From NCBI RefSeq assembly GCF_006345805.1, contig NC_043002.1, forward strand, positions 76,384,001-76,448,000: 64,000 nucleotides of DNA, written 5' to 3'. The translations under genes and the position numbers were made by a program. A model generated the notes under the pieces. It had not been told where the DNA came from, did no database searches, and worked only from the letters and a program-made list of their open reading frames with translations. Source of the stretch: Octopus sinensis (Eukaryota). Positions 1-14,730 of the stretch are shown piece by piece (the first letter of the stretch is position 1; each line of letters starts with the position of its first letter).

Positions 1-1269
1 TATATATATGTGTGTGTGTGTGTTATAGATTTGTCTATATGTGTATAATGTGTGTGTAATATGCACGCGTGAATGTTTGCGTGTGTGTATTTTCGTGATT
101 TTGAATGTATGCATGTGAAAATAAATGATAAACTATTCGTTTAGATGTAAATATCGACTTAGAAATGAACAAAATAAATAACGATATCTTATGAAGATTT
201 TTTTGTTTGTTTTGTTTCTCAACCTCCTGCCCTTCATTGTGTCTCAATGTTGTCTTTTTAAAGCGAATTTATTGATGACCAATAATCAAACTGGATTTCT
301 TAGCAAACAAAACAGCAAAGAAAAGGAGGAAGAGGATATAAGTAAAATAGGGAGGAAAATGAGTCACCAAAACAAAAAAACAAACAAAAATGAAAGGAAC
401 AATATAAAAATTGAATGAAAAAAGATAAAACAGAAATTTTTGAAAAAGCAAACAAGAAGAAGAAAGAAAAAAAACACTCAGAAAGAAAGGAAGATAGAAA
501 AGAAAGCCATGAAATAAAATAAAAAGAAGAAAAGAAAGAGGAAACAAGTCAGTGAGTATGATGTTCGGTGCACAGCTGGAGAATAGTCGTTTGGTCAACG
601 TATATGTCATTGTGAGTTAGCAGACCTAGCATCAAAGGCATTCCATTCATGTCCGCCCCATCTTTTCAAACACAGCTTATCACATATTACCTTATCTGAT
701 TTGTCCTTCCTTCTCCTATCTAGATAGTGATCTGAGGGAGATTATGCTACCATTTCTAGTAAGACGAGCGCTCACATAGAGGTTTCATTCATTGGTTCTA
801 TACAAAACGTATTTAGTTTTTATTGTGCGTGTTGTTATTGAAGACTAATAATCAGTTGTGAGACCTTTACCTTTTGACCGACAGATTAAAAAAATAATTT
901 TTTGTAACTAAACACTTTCAAACTTCGTATACTTAGTAGAATGTGTCACATAAAATATCTTTTACTCTTGGCGTTGTTGAGAAAATTCTATATTATGGAA
1001 GTTATTTTTTGTTAAAGTTGTCGTACTTCGGTAATTTCAACCAATCAATGATGTGTTTTCAGCTGAATAAAATTACTGCATTGGGCGATATGGTGTTCGG
1101 CTAAAATTCTTGAAGGTAGTACTACAGCGTGGCCGCTGTCTAATGACTGAAACAAATAAAAAATAGCAGGACAATGTCAAATATATTCGAGAGAAATTTG
1201 GCAGCCATTTCAGTTATAAAGATACTTCCAGTTCACTAGCCTGCTATCATCTCTCTTGAAATTGTTCCT

Positions 1270-1640
1270 TGAAATTGGCTGGACTTACCTACTCCATTCA
1301 AACTCACTCGAGCCACATATGTCTCTTATTGTGTCCAATAGCACCAGGTTCTGAACTAACAACTACGCCCAGTCCTTCTTTCTCAAAACAACGCCCCACA
1401 GGAATCCCCTTCCTGCTTCGATATTCCTGTAGGGGTTGACTTGCGATAGTTCAAGCGGAACATTAACGGCATCAATTCCACTGACGTCACAAGGCTAACA
1501 AAGATCGTGAGCTCTGTCGTTTCGTTTAAGACCCAGCAACAGCAGTGGTTTTTAGCCGGGGTCCATATGTTCCTTGGAGGTTCGCAGATGATATTTTTGC
1601 TAGAATGTATGTGCAATGAACTGGTTATACTTCTGGTCCT
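1270..1640 (-). mobile_element. Possible highly decayed L1/Tx1 apurinic-endonuclease fragment
   Basis: Minus-strand frames with stops and frameshifts give GLKRNDRAHDLC..GVVLRKKD..GVVVSSEPG..LVLLD, loosely like LINE APE motifs. Weak, by-eye similarity only. Confidence 0.25.
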
Positions 1641-1714
1641 CAACCGAGCTCAATATGACACTTGGGATGGGTGGGGTCTACAGAAGATTTTGCAGCTAAA
1701 ATGTATTCTTTTAA

Positions 1715-1922
1715 TCTTTTACTTGTTTCAGTCATTTGACTGGCTATACTGGAGCACAGCCTTTAATCGAACAAATCGACCGCGGGACTTATTCTTTGTA
1801 AGACTAGTACTTATTATATCAGTCTCTTTTATTGCGGGAACGTAAACAGACCAGCATCGGTTGTCAGGCGATGATGGGGGGGACAAACACAGACACACAA
1901 ATACATACATACATATATATAT

Positions 1923-1964
<42 letters not shown>

Positions 1965-2130
1965 GTATATATATATATATATATATATACAACGGGCTTC
2001 GTTCAGTTTCCGTCTACCAAATCTATTCACAAGGCTTTGCTCGGCTCGAGTCTATAGTAGAAGACACTTGCCCAAAGTGCCATGCAGTGGGACTGAACTG
2101 GGAGCTATGTGGTTGGGAAGCAAGCTTCTT
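1715..2130 (-). mobile_element. SINE family A (tRNA-derived head, CORE-like ccttgggcaagtgtctt, internal microsatellite)
   Basis: Matches the bipartite consensus repeated about 20 times in the window (tttacttgtttcagtcatttgactg...gtgggactgaac). Confidence 0.9.
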
Positions 2131-2189
2131 TATTTCATAAATTGGTTATGGAAGCCATACATAGATGGGACAAATAAGGACAAACATAT

Positions 2190-2423
<234 letters not shown>

Positions 2424-2494
2424 TCCTTTAAAAAATTTCAATATAAGCTTGATGATCATTGCAAACCTTTATTTTTCCTTCTGGCCCCACTTAC

Positions 2495-3075
2495 CTGGTT
2501 CCAGTCACTCGCAGCTTGTTCACTACTTTCTTCCATCTTTTTGCGAACATATCCTGTGACAGGTATCTCTTCTCCAGTCTGATCTTACAATCGAGGTGGT
2601 AACTAAAGAAGTTAACGAACACCTGGCCGGAGACAAAGGTACCTGTCACTATGCCTTTCACACGCGTCTTCCATACTGTTCCGTTCAGTATGCCTACTAA
2701 GCAGAAAAAAAAAGAAGCCTTTCTTTCGCTGTTAAGGCACAATCTTGATAATAGACTCTGCCGATAGCTGTACTCTTCCCATCGTTGACAGCGGTTGCTC
2801 GACAAAAGCTATCAGTCCCGATAATTCCGGACACTCCACGAAGGTGTGCAAGGCAGATTCTCTCTCCCGCCCGCACCACAGGCATATCGGCGAGACGGCA
2901 CTTCCGTGCCATGACAGTTTGTCCCGAACAGGCAAAGTCGAACGGTTGCACTGCTAAACCAGGGATTTCTGGTAGTTATCCAGATACCCCGGCGCGAAAG
3001 TTCTCCTGAACAGGTTGATCAACTGATTTCCATCGAAGCCCAGGGTCTCCACCAGGACATCGTCTGACATATATT
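2495..3075 (-). mobile_element. L1/Tx1-clade LINE ORF2 3' fragment (zf-RVT region), frameshifted
   Basis: Translation DDVLVETLGFDE/LINLFRRTFAPGYLDNYQKSLV*QCNRSTLPVRDKLSWHG..CLWCGRERESALHTFVEC contains the CxxC..H..C knuckle, followed by a C-terminal ..RWKKV. Confidence 0.85.
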
Positions 3076-4538
3076 TGCTCTACATAGATATTATCCTTTT
3101 TTTAGAATCAGAATGATCCCGAGATTGAAAATCTGCCCTTCTTTGGTTCTTGAACATCCAGCATTGGGATTTGATTTAAAAGTATTTGGGTTCCTATTTC
3201 TAGCAGGTAAGGCTTCGCTGATTCATACCATCTTGCTTGGCGTTTGTCAGATGACGTCAGAGATTAAGAGTGGGATAAATGACATTCACTTCGTTACTTT
3301 TACTTCGAAATAAGAACTTTGGGACAAATTGGTCAACAGCTGGAATTCAACTTGGGACTGGAACAATAGAATGATTGTATTACAAAATTAATTCTCAGCC
3401 ATCCTTAACCCCCAATCAAACACCACCGGGGCATATAGTCATTATAGACATAGTCATGCTATTTAGCACCGTTTAGTTTTGGGCCACAGGCCCAATTAGC
3501 CCTCCGCAGAAGCTTGCTCAAAAGTCCGCATGCAGTGCGGCTTTTAAGCTACGTTTACATAAAAATGAAACGAATATGATTAACAGCAAAGTAATTATAA
3601 AACTACTGTATATTAATACTAATATTAAGCTGAAAAGAGAAACAAAAATTAAATTTAAAGTTTTAAAGTGTTACAGTGTATGAAGTAGAGGAATATAAGC
3701 GAAATTTTTATTCGTCGGTGAGAGAGAGGGGGAGAGAGAGGAGGAGAGAGAGGAGAGAGAAAGAGAGATATATGCATGTCTCCAAGTAAAATAACAATGA
3801 AATGAACTAGGAAAAGATATTTAACCTCAAGAACATTAAACATTCAAAGATATATAAAAAGAGGTTATCTGTATATCATTGGCCAAACACTTTTAGATGA
3901 ACAAATATACGATTAAGAAATCAACAAATAGAGTCAAGAGAACAACTTATGTCTTATGAAAAGATATAACTCGAGAATGATATGAATTAAAAATAACAAC
4001 CTTGATATAATAGCGAGAGCTGCCCAGAGAAATATTAAAACCAATTAACCAATGAATCGATGGCAACGAAAGCAACTTTTGCAAACCGGTAAATGGAAAC
4101 GATATCAACATACAAAAGAATGAAGCCGTTCAGATGTATCATATATATAAGACGAGCTCGAAATAATAACCAGAAAGATCAGTGGTTTTTCATTTATTTT
4201 TTATTATTTGAGGGTCTGACTAATCTCAGAGGCGAGTTGCCGAAGAATTAAGATATTATAAGCAATATGCTTTATGCCGTGTTTCGAAACACTCTCTCTC
4301 CTCCTCTTTCATTGACAATATGTAACATATGAAACACACATGTGCACACAGACACACAATGTTTAACTTAACTTTCAGTAATGTGCAGCTGAGGCAACCA
4401 ATGTATGTATGTATGTATGTATGCATGTACGTACGTATGTATATATATATATATATATATATACACATGCACACACACATATGCACGTGTATATATATAT
4501 AATATATATATACACATGCACACACACATATGCACGTG

Positions 4539-4574
<36 letters not shown>

Positions 4575-4605
4575 GCACACACACATATGCACGTATATAT
4601 ATATA

Positions 4606-4652
<47 letters not shown>

Positions 4653-5264
4653 TATGCATATACACACATGCACGCGCCTACACACAAACACACACACATT
4701 TACATGTACTCACATATATTACGACGGAATTAAGCATGTATTTACGTTTTTTTTAACTCTTATGAAATAAATATATGTACTAGTACGCCTCTGTGTGTGT
4801 GTATGTGTGTGTGTGTGTGTGTGTATGCGCGCGTATGTTTGCACGTGTGTGTTTGTGTGCTGTATTTGTATGCTTACGGTTCGTATGTAGATCTTTGAAT
4901 ATATGCGATAAGATGTTTGGTAGTGTTTGTACGTGTATGGTGGTGATGGTGGGGTAATCGATAAATAATTAGAACGACAAATATAGTTTTAAATGGTCTT
5001 CTAAGATATATGGATACACCGAATGACCAGTCAATTATTTGACAGACTCTGAGACACAGATAACGCGACGCGAGATAAGCAAATATTTTCCTAGTAAAGA
5101 AGCTAGTTCGGTAAGTATGTCAGAATAGAAGAGGTTGCGTTTCAGCTGGCGCCCTTAGTCACTTACAAAGGGAGACCACTTAATCGATCTTCTGGCTACA
5201 ATTGTTAAATAAACATGAAAACCTATATACATTTACTGTCGCTACAGACAACGCATACACATTC

Positions 5265-5378
5265 GTATGTATGTATGTATGTATGTATGTATGTATGTAT
5301 GTATGTATGTATGTATGTATGTATGTATGTATGTATGTATGTATGTATGTATGTATGTATGTGTGTGTGTGTGTGTAT
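5265..5378. repeat. (TATG)n/(TG)n microsatellite
   Basis: Seen directly. Confidence 0.97.
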
Positions 5379-5768
5379 CATGTTTTAGCATTCCATTAAA
5401 ATCGTTTCTCTGTGTGTGTTATTTTTTCAAAATATTTTTAATCGATATATACATTGCAATCATAATGGTTTTACGTAATTGTAAATGTAGAGAGTAAGAT
5501 CAAAGGTAGAACATATGTTTGCTAAAGTATACAAACGAAATTGATTTTATCTTTTCTTTGTGAGACAAACATTTGTTCATTTCCTTTTCTTTATTTTTTT
5601 TTCATTGCGATTTATCCAGAAAAAGTACTCGGCATTTTAAAACAGGTCACGGCTATAATAGAATAAAAATGTCGATTTTCACATTTACATCGAGGCCTAA
5701 GCCGCTAGGACTTTCCTACTAGTATTTGATGACATATAATTTCAGTGAAATATAAACCATACTAATAT

Positions 5769-5932
5769 ATAGGTGCAAGTATGACTGTGTGGTTAAGAAA
5801 CTGGTTTTCCAAGCAAGTTGTTTCTGGTTCAGTCCCACAGCGTGGCACCTTGAGCATATGACTTATATTTTATTTTAGCCCCAATGCTTTGTGAGTGAAT
5901 TTGGTAGACAGAAACTGTATGGAAACCCGTCG
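5769..5932 (+). mobile_element. SINE family A, diverged 5' half
   Basis: ggtgcaagtatgactgtgtggttaag...ggttcagtcccacagcgtggcacc...ggtagacagaaactg matches the family head. Confidence 0.8.
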
Positions 5933-5936
5933 TATG

Positions 5937-5973
<37 letters not shown>

Positions 5974-7379
5974 GTCAGTGTATGTATGTAACTATATGTA
6001 TGTACGTTTATGCAAAGAAATGAGTGTTAACAAGAAATTTTAAAAAACTGTATTTGGTACAGAAGAACTAGTATATTGAAACTGGTGCATCGCAATCCGA
6101 TCTCAATGTCTCTAATCCTCAGGGAAACTTCAATTTATGTTTATGGAGACGGAAGGTTGTAGATTTTTTTCGTATCCAGGGATCATATGAACCGTGGTTG
6201 AGAACCACTGGTCAAATGGCTTTTGTTGAAAATGCCCGGCATGTTGCCATTTTTTCTCGATAGATCTTTTGCTACCTGATCATAGGAATACTTGATGGTA
6301 TCAGCTCTCAAATGGGTTTCATGTTATTTCTCAGTTCCCATATACCCACACTTTGCTTAAAGGTCTGCATGTTCTACCGTGCCTGGTGTTGCTCTTCTCT
6401 TTCCTGCTTCCTGCGTACCTGCTAGCATCAACAACGACGCGGGACTGATGTTTCTCTCCTCCTCCTCCTCCCCCTCCTCCCCCTCCCTCTCTTTCTCTTT
6501 AATATTACACATTTGGGAAGAAGTTCTATCAGTGTTGCCTTATTTCTAAATTTATCGGGGTTTCATACTTCTAAATTCCCATCTTGGCTTCATTTCCTTT
6601 GTACTTCTATTACGGATTAATAAATGAGCATAGAACTGTCCCCGCCTCTAATTTAGCTGTTGCATGAGTAACACAATGCACAAACAACACAATAAAAGAG
6701 TAACATTATTAAGGAGCGACATATTAAAAGAGTAACAGTTAAAAGTTTGACATAACGATAGAATAACATTTAGATAAATGCACAACTTTTCGAAAATATA
6801 AAAAACGTTAGTGAAAATGTTGTAATAAAAACTTACTATTGAATGTGGCCCATAATAAGTACAAAAATTTTGGATTAAACATAAGAAAATAACTAAAATT
6901 AAATGAGAAAACAAATATTTAAAATCGCATTTTTGTGTTTGGTTGGCAAGATTCTTTATGTGAATTCGTGTGTTGAAGCATATTTTATTGTGTCTGTGGA
7001 GATTCATCCTCTTTTAGTGCCTTATTAATTCAACACGCTTACCGGTCTGACTTCCACTCTTTTCCTTGTTATTTTTTACTAAAATTTTCATTGCGACTTG
7101 CAACCTTTTCAATAGTCATTGATTCTATAACGAACAAACAAAAGGCATTTATAAGACGGGTTTAGAAACAATGACACTGTATTTGAAGGAAGACTCTGCA
7201 GTCACCAATGAAAAAATGCAACAAACATAAGACATAGTCGAGTTTTGAATGAGAAATGAAACTTTCAATTATAAATGCAAATGAAGCCCCTATGGGCCTT
7301 GTAGAATTCAATGGCATTTGCAGGTTGTAATAGAATAGCTAATCAAATTAAAATTTAACTTCGGACTGACTATAAATTA

Positions 7380-7585
7380 TGGCTTCAAATTTTGGAACAA
7401 GGATAGCATTTATAAAGGAGGAGTATAAGTCGATTCCATTGACCCCCAGGATTCAACTGTTACTTATTTTGTCATCCCGGAAAGAAGGACTGGCCCAGTC
7501 GACCACGGTGGAATTTGAACTCAAAGCCAGAAGAGAACTTTGTCAGTAATGTGTAAACATCATTCAGCCAGCTTATCGCCTTGAA
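7380..7585 (-). mobile_element. SINE family B, diverged
   Basis: Reverse complement of gagttcaaattccacc..gtcgac..cctt..aagtaacagttga..ggggtcaat, the family-B body. Confidence 0.7.
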
Positions 7586-7750
7586 GTGAGACTAGATAAA
7601 AATATTCACAAAAAAAACATAAATCAATGTAAAAAATATATTAATTAAAAACTAGGTTTCTTGTCTGTACGGGTTTTAATCACTCTAATGAGCGCTTTTA
7701 AGTTTTACCTGACCGTTGCACCCATTCTTTTGTCTCTGTATGTTATCAAG

Positions 7751-7789
7751 GGCCGCGATTTTGATAAGCTCTTAATACAAATGATCAGT
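7751..7789 (+). CDS. Candidate 39-nt exon (GRDFDKLLIQMIS)
   Basis: Pyrimidine tract ending ...gttatcaag, donor GTGAGT at 7790, open in phase 0. A competing minus-strand exon (7828-7880) also has good splice sites. No recognised homology. Confidence 0.25.
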
Positions 7790-8038
7790 GTGAGTGGGCC
7801 TGCAAAGGTCATGGTCGCTGTACCCACCTCTTCCTCGATCTAACATTCATACTGGAGAAGTTAAACTGCGCCCAATTCCACTAAAAAGGAGAGGGTGAAA
7901 AAAAAATGAAGTGAATTTATATATGATATAATATGCATATACGCATATTATATACATATATATATATATATATTATATACTATATATATACATATATTTT
8001 TTTATATCATAATATATATATATATATATATATACTAT

Positions 8039-9367
<1,329 letters not shown>

Positions 9368-9457
9368 TTAATATATGTATATATATGTATGTATGTATAT
9401 ATGTATGTATGTATGTATGTATATATATATGTATATATATATATATATATATATAAC

Positions 9458-9495
<38 letters not shown>

Positions 9496-9647
9496 ATCCA
9501 AACATGAAAACGCAAAGAGAAAACACAACAACGTGAGGACGTGGAACAAGTATAGTGTTATTGGACGCTCAGGAAAGAAGGAAAGAAGGAAAAAATAATA
9601 TACATATATATGTATATGTGTGTATGTGTGTGTAAATATATATATAC

Positions 9648-9697
<50 letters not shown>

Positions 9698-10245
9698 GGA
9701 AAGACAGAGAGTGGTACATATATGCTTACAATATCTCCTGATCGAAGTTGAATTTAACTTTATGTTCCTTCCAATGTTCGATATCCATGTTTGATATAAT
9801 CTTCCGAATCCATTCTCCTAAATATGTTAGAAGCCAATAATAAACAGACAGCCACACTTGTTGATTGTTTAATTATTTTGTTGTTAATATCAATACATTC
9901 CGTCACACATGTGGCACTTGTTTACTTATCTCCCTACATCTGTCGAATTTTTCAAATGATCTGGCCCTATTACGTATGTATTCACGCGCGTGTGTACGTG
10001 CGTTTGTGTTTTTGTGTGTGCGTATATGTATGGGTAGGTGTGTCCTCTTTCTGTTTATACGCATGTGTCTTTCTGTATTTTCTTTTTGTCTTGATGTGTT
10101 CTTTGTGTGTTTGTGGGGTTGTTTTTATTGTTGCTATGCAAACCCGAGTCAGCCCCAACTGAACAGGCGTGGGTCATGGAGGACAGTTGGCTGAAAAACT
10201 AGATGTGACCCACTAATACGTTGTTCCATGTTTCCTCCGCTTCAC

Positions 10246-10736
10246 TGAAGTATATTTGCCACCTAAATGTAGCTGATCCATATGGGACGATCCTACTGTA
10301 GTTTATAGCCCAAGGAAGACATCTCCTCCAGCCGACATCATCCCATATGGGTCAGCCACATTTAGGTGACAAATATACTTCACGATGTCGTACTGCTACT
10401 GTTTACATCTCGCTCAGAGATTTATTATTGCTTGTTTCTCCTTTTTCGAAATCGGCGGCTTTTTGTCACTGGAAAAAGCATATAGTATTTTGCGCCCGGA
10501 ATCACTTCTCATCCTTAGCCGGTAATTATCACACGCTGATGACGGGTTACAACTCAGAAACCCGGGTCCGTGTGTATCACGTCAGGGTAGAGATGAGAAC
10601 ATTGATTTCCCTTCGCAAATACTGATACGGCACAGTGTGTCGTTAGCCAGCGGTGGGAGATGTTTTCCTGAGGTTATAAGCTACAGCAACATCGTCCCAT
10701 ATGGGTCAGCCACATTTAGGTGACAAATATTCTTCA
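10246..10736 (+). mobile_element. Non-coding Penelope/retrozyme-like element with X-Y-X'-[HHR]-Y'-X' architecture
   Basis: X 10246-10291 is inverse to X' at 10337-10382 and 10691-10736; Y 10296-10336 is inverse to 10639-10686; HHR at 10530. Confidence 0.7.
10530..10574 (+). ncRNA. Minimal type-I hammerhead ribozyme motif
   Basis: Stem I cacacg/cgtgtg; CTGATGA 10536-42; stem II gggt/actc; GAA; palindromic stem III ACCCGGGT; GUC cleavage site (C10568). Confidence 0.8.
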
Positions 10737-10745
10737 CGATATATA

Positions 10746-11141
10746 CTCTTTTACTTGTTTCAGTCATTTGACTGCGGCCATGCTGGAGCACCGTCTTAAG
10801 TCGAGCAAATCGAACCCGAGACTTATTCTTTGTAAGCCCAGTACTTATTCTATCAGTCTCTTTTGCGAACCGCTAAGTGACGTGGACGTAAACACACCAG
10901 CATCGGTTGTCAAGCAATGCTAGGGGGACAACCACAGTCACACAAACATACATACACATATACATATATATACATATATACGACAGGCTTCTTTCAGTTT
11001 TCGTCTACCAAATCCACTCACAAGGCATTGGTCGGCCCGAGGCTATAGCAGAAGACACTTGCCCAAGATGCCACGCAGTGGGACTGAACCCGGAACCATG
11101 TGGTTGGTAAGCAAGCTACTTACCACACAGCCACTCCTGCG

Positions 11142-11144
<3 letters not shown>
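10746..11144 (-). mobile_element. SINE family A, full length
   Basis: Head ggcgcaggagtggctgtgtggtaag through tail gaaacaagtaaaagag; near-consensus. Confidence 0.95.
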
Positions 11145-11178
<34 letters not shown>

Positions 11179-11184
11179 TTTTAT

Positions 11185-11368
11185 TCTTTTGCTTGTTTCA
11201 GTCATTTAACTGCGGCCATGCTGGGGCATCGCCTTTAGTCGAACCTATCGACCCCAGGACTTATTCTTTGTAAGTGTAGTACTCATTCTATCGGTCTCTT
11301 TTGCCGGTCTGCTTTGTTACGGGGACGTAAATATACCAGCATCAGTTATCAAACGATGTTGTGGGGGT

Positions 11369-11433
<65 letters not shown>

Positions 11434-11610
11434 CACACCACACACACACACACACTCACACACAGAGTTTCCGTATATCAAATCCGCTCACAAGGCTTTG
11501 TTCAGCCCGAGGCTATAGTAGAAGACACTTGCCCAAGGTGCCACGCAGTGGGACTGAACCGGGAACCCTGTGGTTGGTAAGCAAGCTACTTACCCCACAG
11601 CCACTCCTGT
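11185..11610 (-). mobile_element. SINE family A with internal (CA)n
   Basis: Same consensus; lies in tandem with the previous copy. Confidence 0.92.
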
Positions 11611-11634
11611 GATTATATATATATATCAATTAGC

Positions 11635-11932
11635 ACTCTATCGGTTACGACGATAAGAGTTTCAGTTGATCCGATCAATGCAATAACCTGATCGTGGAAT
11701 TAATGTGTAAAGTGACTGAGCACTCCAGACACGCACATCGTTAACGTTCTCAGGGAAACTAAGCGTGACGCAGAATGTAACAAGGCTGGCTATCTGAATT
11801 ATAGGTACAACTCATTTTGCTAGATAGAGTTTGGGTAACATGAAATAAAGTGTCTTAAGTACAGAACGCACTACCAAGAATCGAACTCACGACCTCACGA
11901 TCATGAACCGAATACCTTTACCACTAAGCCAT
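11635..11932 (-). mobile_element. SINE family C (tRNA-like head tggcttagtggt..gagttcgattc)
   Basis: A/B-box-like head; body shared with copies at 20760 and 56290. Confidence 0.75.
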
Positions 11933-12084
11933 ATTATATAATAAGCAAAAACGAATGGAAAGTTCATGACAATGCTACACGCGTTTCAATAGCATGGTTT
12001 ATGACTAATACGAACTCTGTTACATAACATATTACGGAACATTACGTAAGCTCGCATTGTTACATAACCACTTACTTTCATCAG

Positions 12085-12263
12085 GTGATAGTCTGTCATT
12101 CTGGGGTGAAAAGCGCCAAATTTTGTCATATATACCATTAGAGGGAAATGGTTCTGCTTACAAATTTACAGCTTACATCATGAATGAGTTTGCAGATTCC
12201 TTTAGGGCTGCAATCAGAAATCCACAAATTTTTTTAATGGCCCCACAAACATTGAGACATTAA
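12085..12263 (+). CDS. Candidate exon (GDSLSFWGEKR..GSAYKFTAYIMNEF), faintly thioester-protein-like
   Basis: Acceptor cttactttcatcag; 59 open codons in unique sequence; possible donor GTTTGC at 12188. Confidence 0.3.
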
Positions 12264-12299
12264 AGCAGGATTAGGAATCTTTAAAGCTCTGGCCTATAA

Positions 12300-12575
12300 A
12301 TGAAGCGAAGACATCTCGCATTTATCAGACACGTACTTGATCACGTGACAGACCAGATTATCAAATGTTGTTGCGCATCGCTGGTCACAATGCGCTTTGC
12401 ATCGTTTCAGCCTTCGAATGACGCTACCCTGCTGGCTAGGTGAGCAGGCTGAATTCTCTTCTGATTGAAAGGGAGGCTGGAGCAACGTGAAATGTAATGT
12501 TTTACTCAAGGACACAACACGCCGCTCGGTCTGGGAATTGAACCTGCGATGTAGCGGTCGTGAGTGCAACAGTCT
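12300..12575 (-). mobile_element. SINE family D
   Basis: Tail gcgcattgtgaccagcgatgcgcaacaacatttgata matches the copy at 41273-41550. Confidence 0.75.
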
Positions 12576-12607
12576 AACCGCATCTTTTATTGTTAGACTT
12601 AGGATAA

Positions 12608-13055
12608 GGTGGTGAGCTGGCAGAATCCTTGGCACGCTCAATGGGGCGAGCTGGCAGAAACGTTAGCACGCCGGGCGAAATTTGTAGCCGTATTTCGTCT
12701 GCCGTTGCGTTCAGAGTTCAAATTCCGCCGAGGTCGACTTTGCTTTTCATCCTTTCGGGGTCGATTAAATAAGTACCAGTTGCGCACTGGGTCGATATAA
12801 TCGACTTAATCCGTTTGCTTGTCCTCGTTTGCCCCCTCTGTGTGTAGCCACTTGTGGGCAGTAAAGAAATAAGAATCCTTAGCTTGCTGGGCATTTCGTC
12901 CTTGTGTGGGTTCCGAGTTCAAATTCTACTGAGATCGACTTTGCCACACGGGGTCGATAAAATGAAGTACTAGCTATGTACTAAGGTCGATGTAATCAAC
13001 TAACCCCCTCCCTTCAATATTGCTGGCCTTGTGTCAAAATTTAAAAGGCTTATTA
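12608..13055 (+). mobile_element. Nested SINE family B (young copy inside an older copy)
   Basis: Outer head at 12608, inner copy 12643-12871, with agaatcctt repeated at 12622 and 12872. Confidence 0.85.
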
Positions 13056-13297
13056 GAATAGGATAGATGCTGGTGATAATTATCGACATATTTTAATGAC
13101 AACAAATAAACTGGGTAAAACTCACTCAAAATGCTAATTACTACATCGATAATTGTTATAATTGTATTCATTTTCATTAATAATCGCGTGTAATTGATAT
13201 GGTATTAATATCGAGTCAGATGACAGCTGGCCTGTTGTAGTTAGGATGTGGGTGAAATTATATTGTTTTTGGAAATGGTGTCAGTGACATTGTTTCT

Positions 13298-13368
<71 letters not shown>

Positions 13369-13577
13369 ATGTATGTATGCATATAGATGTGTGCTTCTAT
13401 TGTATATGAATGTATATGTATTTATATATATATATATATATATATGCATACAAAATTGCATACATATGCGTGTGAATATATATATATATATGCGTGTGTG
13501 TATATATGTGTGTGTGTGTATATATATGCACGTACACATACGCACACACACACACACATACGTTTATATATACGTAT

Positions 13578-13740
13578 ACGACAGGCTTCTTTTAGCTTCT
13601 GTTTACCAAATCCACTCACAAAGCTTTGCTCGGCCCGTGGCTACAGTAGAAGGCACTTGCCCCAAATGCTACGCAGTAAGACTGAACCCGAAACAATGTG
13701 ACTGGAAAGCAAACTTCTTATCACACAGCCACGCCAATGC
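13578..13740 (-). mobile_element. SINE family A, 5' half
   Basis: Consensus match. Confidence 0.85.
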
Positions 13741-13800
13741 CCCCCCCAACACACACACATACACATCTCTCTCTCTGTATCTGTCTGTCTGCCTATCTGT

Positions 13801-13884
<84 letters not shown>

Positions 13885-14339
13885 AAGTACATATATACAT
13901 ACATATGCCTATATATGTGTGCGCATGCGTGTTTGCATATGTGCGTTATTGTACTGATATGCAGCCAATTAGTGAACAACCAATATCTATTTGCATTTAA
14001 ATAATGCGTTCATACGATCATAATCGTAAAACGAATGCTTCAGAAATTGATAAAAAAACAAAAAAAAAAGACAGACAACCAATCAACACTAAGAGAATAA
14101 AAAACAAAAATGCCCACTTGTGGTTGGCTCTGATTGCTGTCCTCTGTGCCCTTGGCTTTCTGCCTCACCGCTGTAAATCATGATAACCTTTAGAGTACAT
14201 TAAGTACACTACTCAAGCCAATTCATGTTGTTGCACTGGTTGCGCACACGTCATGCCCAAGAGACCACCTACACTAGTGAAACAAAAGTATTTGCCGTCG
14301 TCCAACAAAACATAGTAAGTCGAATTGTTGACGCTTTTA

Positions 14340-14730
14340 TTTTTTTTTACTCGTTTCGGTCATTTGACTGCGGCCATGCTGGAGCACCGCTTTGAAAGGT
14401 TTTTTTTAGCTGAAAAAATCGACCTCAGAACTTTTTTTTTGTTTGAAAAAATCTAGTACTTATTCTATCGGTCTCTTTTGCCGAACCGGTTAGTTACAGG
14501 GACGTAAACACACCGACACCAGTTGTGAAGCGGTATGACGGGGGAGGGATACAGACACAACGACACACACACACAAAGATATACATATAAACATACACAC
14601 ACATGTGTATATATACGGTGGGTTTCTTTTCAATTTCAGTCTACCAAATCAGCTCACAAGGCCTTGGTCGGCCCGAGGCTATAGGAGACCACTTGCACTG
14701 AACCCGGAACCATATGGTTTGGAAACAAGC
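14340..14730 (-). mobile_element. SINE family A
   Basis: Consensus match. Confidence 0.88.

Noticed and set aside
3860-4190. Possible Penelope GIY-YIG remnant (YIIGQT)
   Set aside because: Only one short motif; the rest did not align convincingly by eye.
12077-12207. Minus-strand exon ending at a GTAAGT donor
   Set aside because: Stops in all frames from the best acceptor; the plus-strand reading is better supported.
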